A DNA stretch of 64,000 bases from Balanoglossus misakiensis. Lineage: Eukaryota > Animalia > Hemichordata. Below the pieces are notes generated by a model that saw only the letters and a program-made list of their open reading frames with translations, did not search any database and was not told the DNA's origin. The position numbers and the translations under genes were made by a program. This document shows, in pieces, positions 1 through 12,634 of the stretch. The number at the start of each line of letters is the position of its first letter. Within the stretch, counting starts at the first letter, position 1. The stretch is taken from NCBI GenBank assembly GCA_040954595.2, contig CM082595.2:5234137-5298136 (forward strand), in the 5' to 3' direction.

Positions 1-3000
1 TCTCGCCCTCTCCCTCAGCCCATCACAGCACGCCATCCACGGACCCCAGTCAGACCATCCTAGCCAAAATAACCACAAAACAATTTGTCAATTCCCCCGA
101 AGACGCGTTGCTTGTAGTTGAGATTGAGACAAGTTATACCAGTGGCAGTGCGTATTTCTCCGCTCATAATCCAAAGCATACTGTTTAAACCCATGGGACT
201 GGACCATGGACTGTTTTAGACCCCCCCCCCTATATTTACATATGTGATGGCTATGGGTTCGGTAATCCAGGAAAGGCGTTTTTCGCCATACATAACTGGC
301 ACGATTTTAAAACAACAAAAACTGACGAAATAGTATGGCGAAAGTTCGTTATAGAGTTGAACATATAGAAATCACAGGTGTTCCATCGCTCAAGTTCCCA
401 GACTAAAATATGCCATCAAAGCATGGTCATTTTTTTTTATAAACCCCTTCACTTTAATTTTATCGCGCAATGGGTCCGACCAGGCTACAGAAAACAATAT
501 AGACAGCGGTCGTATTAAATATTTGTAGAAATTTGAGTTCAAAACCCCCCTTTTGTTTGAGAAGGTGGCCATTTTGGCTCGGCTCGGTGTAGACAGGGAC
601 AAACCAAGACGCTATCGGCTGTCATTCCCAACAAACATTGTTTTACCTTCCCCGACCTGAGCGTGACACTCATCCAAATCGCAGTTCCCGATTTCCAGGG
701 CGCTTCCATGGCAACGTGTAGACCCCTCGTCGGGCCTGATGCAAGTTCTCGTTCTCTCCTGGCTCCCGAGGCAACAAGGCGACCACACTGACCATCGCGA
801 CCAACCTGGTGTTGAAGTGTCATGTGATAAAATGTCAAAAGAGCTAAAACCACAGTCCCGTATATACAACGTTGTCCAAGACAAAACAAAACTATAGCAT
901 TTGTAAGACTTCTTGACCTGGTTAGCAACGTTCATAGGCCTGTCGGTGTATTATGAACTAATAAGTGTGTTGGGTCAAATCCCTTTTCGATCACGGTATT
1001 ATACAGTGATGTTTCGAAGTGCAAATATTGTTTCGGCCATCTTCACTTCACATCAGAAATAAATACGTCTACATTTTCCAATCTGAATATTTACCAATGG
1101 TTCCGGCGCACCGGTCTTCCTCACAATCCATCGTCTCCATGACAATGCCATGACAACGCTCTCCGTCTCCACGGGGAGGTGGGTTGCTACACTCCCTGTG
1201 ACGCTCCTGTATGCCGTCGCAGCACAGCGTCCACGCACCCCAGTCGGACCACCCTCCGTTTACTGTAGAAAGAAGAGAACAAGAATAAAGTGCAAATTGG
1301 GTGTGCTATACTTTTAGCCACGTCTCTGTACACATTAGCTTACTTATTGCTTGTTAATGACCCTAAAATGGTGGATGGGGAGGGGGAAGAGGGTAGGGGC
1401 CTGTGTGTGTGCGTGCGTGCGTGTGTGCGTGCGTGCGTGTGCGTGTGTGTGTGTGTGTGTCTGTATGTATGTATGTCTGTCTGTCTGTCTGTATGTATGT
1501 ATGTATGTATGTATGTATGTATGTATGTATGTATGTATGTATGTATGTATGTATGTATGTATGTATGTATGTATGTATGTATGTATGTATGTATGTATGT
1601 ATGTATGTATGTATGTATGTATGTATGTATGTATGTATGTATGTATGTATGTATGTATGTATGTATGTATGTATGTATGTATGTATGTATGTATGCATGC
1701 ATGTATGTATGTATGTATGCATATGTCCCCTCCCTTTATGCTATACTATGATCCTCACCATGACAAGGGCCAGCATGACATTCCTTCCACTCAACCACCG
1801 GTCCCTGGCAATCCATGCGATACATCCTGTCATCCGGGACCTGACAACTCCGGTGCCGCCTGCTGCTCCCAAAGTGACACGTGGCCGAACATTCTGACCA
1901 AAGCGTCCATTCGCTCCAATGGGCCGATGTCATGGTAACGTTGGGGGCACGGATGTTCGGGAAATACATGAACTTTTTAGGATGGTGTTGGATCTTTGGC
2001 ACCATTTCTAAAAAAGAAACAAACGTAGAGACACACAAAAGAAATTATTTGCTGTATGTCCGTCTATTGAATGGCATTGTCCGTGAAGAATTTTTAAAAC
2101 TATATCGCTTTACGTCAATCACAACAGCCAAAGCCGGTGGGGGTAGTCCACACATCAGACGGGCTAAAAAGTTTCCTAGATCTGAACAGATCATTGTACG
2201 TAATACCTTATTAGCGTCAAGTGCAAGGCTAGTGTTGTCCATTGCCACCAATGCGCCAATTTAAAGTTACGAACAGAAAACAAACCTGGGATAACTGGCT
2301 TGATCGTCGGCTTCGGATTTACAATAAATTTCTTTGGTTGTTCCGTGCGCGTTATACCATGGATGAAATGCAATATGTGACTATGATCCGCCCTGAGTCT
2401 GTCAGCATCTGCTTGTTCGTCCGCGGCCACGTCGACAATTCGGCCGACTTCTTCCAGTTGCCGCGAAAACAGTTGCCCTAACTGGATTGTGTTGTTCAGT
2501 AAAATGCTTTGCAGTCTCTCCTGCTGGTTGGACAAATTCTCGCGGGTTACTTCCTCGCTGGTGCCTTCCCTCGCCGAAATACCTTTCACGACAGCCGACA
2601 ACTCGTCCACAAGAAAAACATAAGAGTTATTCTGTTCCCCGCTGCTGGCGCTCTCGCAGTCTAACGAGACGCATTGGGATAAGCCCATCCAAGATCCTGG
2701 GCATGTCTCTTCCATACAGGTGCGGAGTCTTAGTTTTTCTCCCCGGCCGCAGTCGACAGAACAATCCGACCAGGTCGACCACGCCGTCCACGTCGGTGTT
2801 GCTCGATTGATTCCTGTGAAACATGAAGTGGAGGGGGAGGAGGGCGTGATCGTGTTCTCAGTTGTAAGTGGAGAGCAATGATTTTCAACTGCACTAATAT
2901 TTCTAACAGTTAGTATTTGTAGAACTCAAATGAAAACGTACGTAGGGCTAAATAGTGACAATGAACAGAATATCGCACCTAGAAAATATAATTGTCCATT

Positions 3001-3403
3001 TTCCTTTTGAATTAAATAAAATGGCTTTAACGAACGTTTTTGGATTTCGTCGTGTCCTGGTCAGGCTCAACAAAAATGATTCAATAACCGGTTTTGCTTA
3101 TCGACACTTGAAAAATATAAAACTTGCACTTTACTGTCACAATCGTTGCGCATTTTCGTGGCTAACGTTGGAATACATTATCGTGCCATAAGAACCTTTA
3201 AATTAATTAGCAGGATCTTCGTTAAGATTAGCGCTAATTGCCGTTAATGAAAACACTATGTAGTAAACTATCACTTTCGTGTGAGAAATGCTTAAATAAT
3301 GCATGACCAATGACACACGTTAAACAGGAACGTCAAGCATGATATTTTACTTACCTGTCAAAAGGAAAATTAACACCAGACTTGTATGTGGAAGGAAACG
3401 CAT
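1..3403 (-). CDS. Secreted TSR (TSP1) repeat protein; 3' end runs off the window. Exons 3355-3403, 2286-2813, 1759-2007, 1095-1262, 647-805, <1-59
   Basis: Exon 1 MRFLPHTSLVLIFLLT looks like a signal peptide. All introns are GT-AG phase 1 and internal exons are multiples of 3. Five WxxWxxW-type TSR starts: WTAWSTWSDCSVDCG, WSEWTLWSECSATC, WSDWGAWTLCC, WSRWSVWSPCC, WSDWGPWMACC. Confidence 0.85.
1402..1720. repeat. Compound microsatellite (TG/TGCG)n then (TATG)n in an intron of the TSR gene
   Basis: Direct inspection. Confidence 0.95.
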
Positions 3404-3798
3404 TTTACACACCCTAACTTCTCATAGACTATACCCAGTAAATTTCTCCACCATTGCACATTAGATTGTTTAAAACAATTTAAAAGAAATATTGCCTGCC
3501 ACTATCACTTATGTTTGAAACATCTTGAACTCGATACCCGGCGAAGAATTTCTGAAAACGTTGGTTTCGAATATTTGTTGATGGACTTCAGTACGCGCGC
3601 GTTCGAACATTGTTGGGTTGCGCGCATGTTCGAAGAACCCAGGCCAACAGCGCGCGACCGCAAAAAGGAATCCTTCTTGTTCGGATAACTGACCACGCCG
3701 CTTTCAATTACTTTCCTCGTCGACACAAAAAAATATTCTACCCAGTCCATGCTGTCAGTGTACCATGATGTGAATTTTAAAAGCGGACTTGACGATCC

Positions 3799-6700
3799 AT
3801 GGAATTTTGTTTATTTTATACAGTAGCATGCGTGTTTCTAACCATCCCATCGTGCATCGCTTCACAAGGTGGGTTTCATCCTCATATATTTTCTTTTCTA
3901 AGAATGTCTAACTTTCATCTCATTGGCGTAAAAATGAAGTCACCGGGCCTCAAAATTACCTTGGCCATAAGTATCTTTACTGCGTGTCTGTCTAGTAAAC
4001 CGTAGGCCTACATCGAGCAAAAACAGTGCTACTACCAACAATCATATTTTAAATACAGAAAAAAATGAATTAGCAGCTAAAGTGAGTTCGCGTGTGTGCC
4101 TTTGTCAAACCATAGACCCTAGGGTCTATGGCCAAACACATCTACAACACTGTCTAAACTAATCGATGTATTCTATGCACGCAAGTCTTGAGCGTTTCCC
4201 AGACAACGCAATGTGACGTCACCAGAGAGCCCCAGATTTGTGTGATGAGCCGTGACGTTGGCGATGACGCAAAGTTTGACGTAGACATCGAAGGGGAATT
4301 CAATGGAGACCAATTACAGTGGTACAAACATTACGTCGGCCTTCCGCCATATTTTCACAGGTAAAACATTAATATACAAAATAAAAAACACCAATTCATA
4401 GGTATATCAAATCACATTCACTATGACCGTGATCAAATCTAGTACAATGTACCTGTTTGGTCACGTCTCCCGGTGAAGAGTTGAACATTTTCAGTGCTAG
4501 CCGTAAGTGGCGCTATTTATATTTCTCAGGCCGTTGGTTACAATAACCCTGCATGGCTTTTTGTGTAACTTACCAAATGGATAGACAAAAAAATCTTTTA
4601 GGAATGTTTTCCAATAATTCTTTATTATTTGATGATTAAAATTTACCAGAAACTGTTATCAGCCTTCTGCAAGAACGAGATTATTGTCCAGAAAAAAGAT
4701 TTTTGTGTTTTTTTGCCTAGCCCTGTTTTGTACAGGCCGTGTGATGAATTTATTTTGTTACATGTAACAATGAACGAATTTGGCAATCTAGAAATCCAGA
4801 CTTTTGTGATTTTTTTTCGCCTGGCCCTGCATACAGATCTGTGATGACTTTATCTTGTTACATGTAACAATGTATGTGACCCAGAAAATTTCATTCCCAG
4901 CTTCAAGGAGAGACTAACAGCACCAGGTATAATCGAGGAAAACATGCACCTGACAAACGACGGCAGAACCTTGACCATTTCCCCGATCAAAGACGACGAC
5001 TTCTACGAAACCAAGTATTGGGCGGAGATCTCCGAAGAGCTGCCGATGAACGAGAAAGACATCAAATCATATCAACTTGAAGAGGACGAAGTGAGACACC
5101 CACCCAGAGGACGAGTTTATTTCATCTTGCAGAGCAGACCCAAAGGTAAGGAAATCTTCAACAAGAATATTAAAGCCCCAACAGCTGCCAATTTTACATT
5201 ATTTTTCATAGACAAAATATCTTCCATATCTTTAGTCCATAAATGACACTATTTTGACTCAGTGGCAATTTTAATACCCACACGTATAAACCACAATAAT
5301 CGTGTTCTCTTGCAATGCCAAGTTGAATAAACTGGTGTAGCACCCATTAATTAATTAACTTGTTTATATTTAAATGTACTGGCCACAACCAGAGGTCGAT
5401 AACATGTTTGTATATATCCAGCTGTTAACTGACTTAACTGGACCATTCTGAGTTTGAAGGTAAAATCAAGAAAATAGTTCAGATATAGTGTAGAATATGA
5501 ATGGTCAGCAAGGCAACCTGAGAGATATTCTGTGACCTCTAACCTTTGACCCCACAAGTCACGATTCCCATCAATCTGTAATATGACGTTTTGTTTGTAA
5601 TATTTGATGTTTATAATGTTGTTGTTGCTACAGAGCTGGGTCCCTTTCTGCTTGGCGACAGTTTACGCATCGACCTCACGGACTACTACACTCCCCCGGG
5701 GACAGCCATCGAGTACATCTGGACGAAATCGGAATCTCCTCTGGAATTCAAAATTCTGGACAATGGGAAGGGGCAAAGTATGGACCTCCCAAACATGGAG
5801 TTGAACGACTTTGGGATCATCAACGTGCGCATCTACGGAAGTCGGGAAAACATCCCTGGAAGAGTGCAGATTGCGGAGAAAAACTTCAACATTCTATTAG
5901 GTAGGTATTCATTTTAAAACCTTTTATTATTTAATCTGCATATAACTTTTTCTGTTTTATCATTTACAAAACTCAGAATTTCAAAATTACTAAAATTCAG
6001 TCCGGTTGAAAAAATATACATTTATATGGCAATACATTTCGATCATTTTGGTCTAAACGTGTCTTCTTTCTCTTTCGCTTTCAGACAGAAGCAAGGTTTG
6101 TCGTCAGGAAGGGCACCAACAAGTGTGCCAGTGTAGTGTAGGTTTCCATGGTGATGGGACCAACTGTCAAGGTCAGTTATATCAGGAGATGTATCGGTAG
6201 ATAGCAGTTTATTTGGCGCATCCTGTAAGCAATACCACACACAGATGTTACTCGAAAACATTTCGAAAACAGGAAATGTCGGTAAAATTTCAACAAATCG
6301 GCCTACAGCGGGCATACAAAAAAATAATACACATCTGTATGTAATTTAAAAAAATCAATCATTCATTTGCCATTTGTATTACAAATTTTCTCCATTAATT
6401 TTCTCGTCAGATGTAAATGAATGTGACAATGGCATTGCAGAGTGTCTACCGCAGGCTGCTTGTGAAAACACAATAGGCTCATATCAGTGTACCTGTCCTG
6501 ATGGTTACCAAGGTGACGGGCAGCAGGAGTGCACAGGTAGGGTCGGCCATATTGGATGTGGCCTGCTTTAACATCATATACATGTTCTAACCAACACACT
6601 CAAAATATTGTCATTGGATATTAATTAATAATTCAAAAGATTGAAAAATAAATATGTGTATGCAAATATCCTGATTCAGTTTGGAAAAACAGTCCTTAAT

Positions 6701-9340
6701 TCACATCATAAAACAACAAATTTCACCTACATGACAAGACAGAGTTTTAGGACAATAATATAACACCTTGACACCACAACTACCCGTACAGGGATTACTA
6801 CCAAAACAAAGCACACAGCTCCAAACACACTTATAAAGAACACCACTTCTATGTCACATCTTCTTTTTCTATTTTTGCCATTCCAGACATGGATGAATGT
6901 GAACATGGGGTCAGTGGTTGCCATAGATACTCCTACTGTATGAACACTGATGGATCGTACAGGTGTGAGTGTCAAGAAGGTTACTTTGGAAACGGATTTG
7001 ATTGCATCGGTAAGATTACTGGATAAACAGCTTGATATCTGTGAACTATCATGGAAAAATGGGCCGGGGAAATGCCGTCAAACGAGTTATTTTTGCGACA
7101 GGAAATGTTCGCGATATCAAAATGGGCCACTGTTCTCTTATTTCATTTTCTGCATTGTTATCACCGAAAAACATTTTACGCAACTTTTTATTTTCACGTT
7201 TTTTTTGGCTCTCGCGTATTTCGCGAAAATTTATTGCTCGCGAAATATTGAATTGAAAATCATGAAAATGACATATGTTTCCATCTGTACGACACTGCCT
7301 AGAAATGAGCAAATGGACGCCGTGGTCACCATGGTCACCGTGCAGCGAGACTTGTGGGTCTGGAACTAGGTCAAGGTCGAGGACCTGTACCAACCCGGAG
7401 AGTGGGATGATCTGTGATGGTGTTGGCATGGAACACGACACTTGCATGTCATCAACACCGTGTCCCAGTGAGTATTGAGTGGACCTTTCAGGGGACAAAC
7501 CTTATTTTGGTTAAAAAGTATTTTTATTGCTGTTAATTGCTGTTTTTCGAATCTCCTTTGAAAATCTGTAATGAAATATAAGGGTCACTTAAGGATGTAT
7601 GATCTGTACAATTGAAAATATTTTCATTTCTGATAATTATGGATCTTTTTATTCTCTTTTGTATGTTTAATGAAAATCTGTTGTAAAATACAAGGTCACC
7701 AAGTTTGTTTTCGAAATACAAGACTATGAATTTAATCGACAATTGAAGAAAACCGCTGAGTCAGCATTTTCACCAATGGGTTGATATTGCCGACTGCACA
7801 TATGGGCTGTGCTTTAAATCTTACAAACTTGGCATTCCATCATGCTTCTGAACACATGCCACAGGAGTTATTTTTATTCAGTATCTATGAGCTGATGCAC
7901 AAACGAATATGGTAAAACTTCATCATTTGTGGAGCTCTAGAGTTTAAACATATTTTAAGTTTCATTACTCCAAAATGTGTTATGAGATTTGTGATCTCTT
8001 TTCCCTCTCTAGTTCACGGAGGCTGGTCTGAGTGGTCGCAGTGGTCGCCCTGCTCAGAGACCTGCGGCGGAAAGCGCCACCAAGTGCGAGTGTGCGACAA
8101 CCCCACCCCGCTGTACGGAGGGATGTACTGCGAGGGCGATCTGTACAAATCGGAGGAGTGTGGTGACACGTCCTGTCCAGGTATGAAAACAACCGTTTCA
8201 GATTGTCACGTTCGTTCAGGCAGGGAAATTTTTCCATAGGCAGTAAAGTTTCTTGTCAACGATGGCAGGCAGTTTGATCATGGTTTTATACTTTCCGTTG
8301 AGGAAAGATGAATTTTAAATAAATAGGGGTGTGAATGGGTGAGAGACATTTTTATTCCACTCTGAAAAAAGTGCATGTGTCAAGAAAATCCAATTTGTAT
8401 TGTTCAAACGATTTCTGTTTTGAAAACGAAGCAATCTTGAAATGTTGTCAATATTCAAAATTTACGACAAAAAAAAAGAATGATATTAAGCGAAGTATAA
8501 GCATACGAGTTTATCTTTGCCACCTTTTTAAAAACACTTTTTCCCTTTCTTGATATAAACCCAAAGTTGACGGAAAATGGTCGAAATGGGGAGAGTGGAC
8601 TTCGTGCTCTGCGACCTGCGGGCAAGGTGAAAGGTCAAGGTTCAGACGCTGCAACAGCCCCGCCCCTTCAGAAGATGGAGAACCCTGTGAGGGTGCTCAT
8701 AAAGAAGAGAAACCGTGCGGGGACAGCAATCCTTTGTGTTTGGGTATGTACTGTAAAACGGGTAATTTTCGCGTCAGGAAACTTTCGCGATATCACAACA
8801 GGCAACTTAAAAGTCTTTAACCTTTTTTCTCATTTTTTGCCTCGAGGCAACTTTATATTAAACTTGAGTAAAATTGAAGTATTACCGTTTAAAATTTTGA
8901 ATGGGGGGAGCAAAAGTGTCACAAATTTGAAATTCAAAATGGCCGCTAGTCTCTGTGTTACTATGGATGAATTTTAAACACCGTCAGATTAATAGTAGAA
9001 TTATTATGACAACAAAAACGTGAACACCCTGTTTTCTTCTTTGTTTTCAAAAAGACCCCTAACACGCTTTTATATAGCGAAGAATTGAAAGGGTTTGAGG
9101 ACATTTTTCTGAAAATGTGTCCTTGAGATGCGTGACGTACTACCGTTATTTGAGCGAATCTGATTTGACTTTTCAGGCAGTGGTGGTTGGAGCAGCTGGA
9201 GCCATTGGGGCACCTGCACGTCGACCTGCGGAATCGGTCAACAATTCCGCCAGCGATTATGTCGGGACTTGAGGTGCTCGGGACAAAACCAGCAACAGAA
9301 GCCGTGCATCATCAGAAACTGTCCCAAAGCATTCGGATAA
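3799..9340 (+). CDS. Secreted protein: signal peptide, two putative Ig-like domains, partial EGF, two calcium-binding EGF, four TSR. Exons 3799-3868, 4186-4360, 4901-5145, 5634-5900, 6085-6171, 6411-6536, 6887-7009, 7303-7467, 8013-8180, 8567-8743, 9177-9340
   Basis: Continuous frame across 11 GT-AG exons. Signal peptide MEFCLFYTVACVFLTIPSCIAS; cbEGF DVNECDNG...CENTIGSYQCTC and DMDECEHG...CMNTDGSYRCEC; TSRs with CSETCG, CSETCG, CSATCG, CTSTCG; TAA at 9338-9340; AATAAA near 9403. Confidence 0.85.
4719..4873. repeat. Imperfect tandem duplication, about 103 bp period, intronic
   Basis: gccctg...gtgatga.ttta...tgttacatgtaacaatg occurs twice. Confidence 0.7.
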
Positions 9341-9473
9341 TGCACCTGTTAAATAGTTTCTAGAATCATCGTCTTCAAATTTTGTCTAAGTTTTCTATGA
9401 TGAATAAAATCTGTTCGTACGAGCATGATTCTTGACTTACCAGAAAACTCGGGGGGGGGGGAAAAAGTCCGGA

Positions 9474-12400
9474 TTATCGGGAGCAGACTCGATTGAAGAC
9501 TTTAGTTTTCAACTGCTCAGCTTTATGCCTCCTGTAGCATCTATCAATGTACGGAAGGAAGAACAGGCACGATCCAGTGGAAGGGAGGAGACTCAACAAA
9601 CTAACAGGATCTATGAGCTCGACGACTTCAGATAAAACACCTGTGTGGGTATCAAAAAATAAGCAACTGTGAAAAAAATGGATACTTTCTGCCAGTTTCA
9701 TTTTTGTACACCCTCTCTCACGGGCACAACACTGTAGCCATTCCAAGACTCAAACCAATGTTCTTCTTCTTGGTTCTTGCCACTCAACCAAGGAGATGCC
9801 TCAAATATCAGAAAATCAAAACGCAATCCTGCCGGTATATTAATTTCACACAAACACACACAAATACATGCCCTGGTGTGACTATGGTGTCTCAAGGCTG
9901 CCTAAATGAGACATGGGACAGGTATTCTATTACATGGTTTTAGTGCATGCGATGACAATGGTGATGATGATGATGATGATGGCGCTGATTTTGCATCAAC
10001 ATATGATAAGTATCACTCTAGGTGGTGATGATGATGGTAGTAATAGTGGCAGTGGTGATGATGATGATGACGATGATGGTGATGATGGTGACAATACAAT
10101 GCTACCTTTCAGAGCCTCCATATACACCACGTGTGCATCAGTCTCCATCTCCATCCTACTCTCCTCCCGGTTGACTTTGGCCAACAGCAGCTGAAAGAGC
10201 GCCACCCAGTCATCTCGCTGCTGCAGCAGCTGCGTGTGTGCGTAATCGATCGTCAAATGCGGGTAGTTCTCGACGACGAGCTCACTAGCAATGGCCGGGT
10301 CCAGCTTGGACTGGCAGAGAATTTCTAGAGACAGGTGCCCGTGGATGGTAGTGTCGATGGAGTCCAGCACCTGTGTCCAAGTATCCTGGCTGGTGGATTT
10401 CCAGCACAGTAACGACTACGAGAGACAAAAGATTATTGTTAAATTATTTCCATCCAATGCATGTATATATCCACGTAAGAAATAATGCAAAGCGTTACTG
10501 CCTTAAGATCACTGATGATAATGTCCAGATTTTTACACAAATCTACATAATGGCGGCCATATTTTGGTTGCATCCCAAGAAATTATATATTCACTTAAAT
10601 CCGGGCATACTTTTTTCAGAACAAGTGTAGTATACACACATCTCTGTGAGGATTGTAGCATAATGAAACGACTTGAGCTGGACACTAAAATCATGACAAG
10701 AATATAAAAATGTAGCCACTGTGAACATTTTCTGTAGTTGACACAAAAAATCTCACCTGTAGTTTCAAGAGATCTTCATTGCAACAACAACAAGGACATG
10801 GTTCATTGGGATCCCTGGTGGGACTGTATCTTAAAATCGTCTGTGGTGAAGACGCTCGTAATCCAGTTGGTGGACTACCGGTGGATCTTATAAAAGCTTG
10901 AGGCGACGAGGCTCGGGCAAAACTCTGGCTTCTGTACAGCTCACACTGTTGGACAAGTGATCTGCTGCCTAGGAACCACACGACAGGGAAAATGCTAAAT
11001 AATTCCGGTAATATTATGGAAAATATTATTCTTAGTGTCTTTTGACAAAATTACCGAGAATCAGATGGAAAATTTCAAGTACTTTCCATGTCCATTCATC
11101 CATCCACCAACCCATCAATCAATCCATCCATCTACCAAAACCCACCAAACAACCCAACCACCAACAAACCCAAACCAACCACCAACTCATCCATCTACCT
11201 ACCCTCCAACCCACCACCCCATCCATCCATTCATCCATCCATCCACCTAAAAATCAATCACTTTTCACCCCCTCCAATCCCCCTACCTTGAAAAGGTGGC
11301 AGCTGATCCAACCATGCATGCCGTGGAACAAAGTGACCATTTCCCCTTGGCTGAAAACATTAAAAAATTCACAAGCCAAATGAACTAAAAATCACTCAAA
11401 ACATAACGATTTTAAATAACTTACTCCACTAAGTGTGTTATTTAAATATCAACTCATGATTGATGAGATAAACATTTCTATAAATATCCCATAGTGAAAA
11501 ACTATAGTGTTTATTGAATTTCATATATGTTCAATGCAACATGCATGAAAAATTGTGACCTTTGACCTCTTTGCCTCACAGCCCTTGTCACCAATAACCT
11601 AGCACTGATGCATCGTGGAAATATACTTCAGACGATGATCACTTCACATACAATGTACTTACAATATGGCTGTGGGGGATTGGTTTCCTTCCGACAGACT
11701 GTTCCTTGCTGTGGTGTTTTAATCTATTCACGTAGATGCTGATCAGTAATTCCTGTAACCATGGCAATGACAGTGATGACTGAAGGGCTCAATGTATATT
11801 AGAGTGCATAAAGCCAATTATTGTGCAAAGACACAGTAGATACAGTCGTGGCACAAATAAGAGGAACGCAATCACCTCCTATTTACATATGCCCATATAT
11901 GGTCAGAAGGGCATGTCTAAATCTTTGAATGATTATGTGGTTGTTTACTTTTTTTCGTAAGACCACCCACTGAAAATCCGTGATTGGCTAGAACTCAACT
12001 TTCCATGGTCATACGATTTGGGTCAATTACGAACACCTGGTAAACTTAGTTATGAAGAATAGCTTAGCTCCTAAAAAATTCAATTCTATGTTGACATGCA
12101 TTCATACATGCACAGTACAATTTATATATAAGACTCACCAGGGCCCTTGGAAATACAGCTTTCCTCTCATTGGAATTGAGCAGGCTTTCTAAATAATCCC
12201 TGATGTGAACGTTGTCATGGTTTCCAGTTTCACTAACCTAGAACAGACAAATGGATGGGTTTAAAGGTAAACAGTGGAGATTGGCGACCTCTCTATTATC
12301 AAAGTTTAAAATGATGGACTTGAACCATGACACGCTTTGTGCTTTTTCTTGTGAGTTTTTCATAAAAGGGGTTAACTACGGTGTGCTCACATCTAAAAGA

Positions 12401-12557
12401 ACCAGTGCTTTATCCATATCAACCATGCAGTTGTCATGGAGATGAACCAATACTTCTATTAGAACATCTGGTCGGTGTCGCCGTAACAGCTGTAAAAATA
12501 AAAGAATGGAAGTAGGCGTTTTATAAAATGGTGAGATTTCGCCACCACCATCGCCAC

Positions 12558-12634
<77 letters not shown>

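Noticed and set aside
1290-1938. Long ORFs of MYVC/HTYI repeats, also at 31786-32215 and 54462-54753
   Set aside because: Translations of (TATG)n microsatellites inside introns or UTR.
4110-4131. Short perfect palindrome ccatagaccctagggtctatgg
   Set aside because: Single short intronic copy, probably a tiny repeat remnant; nothing supports a function.
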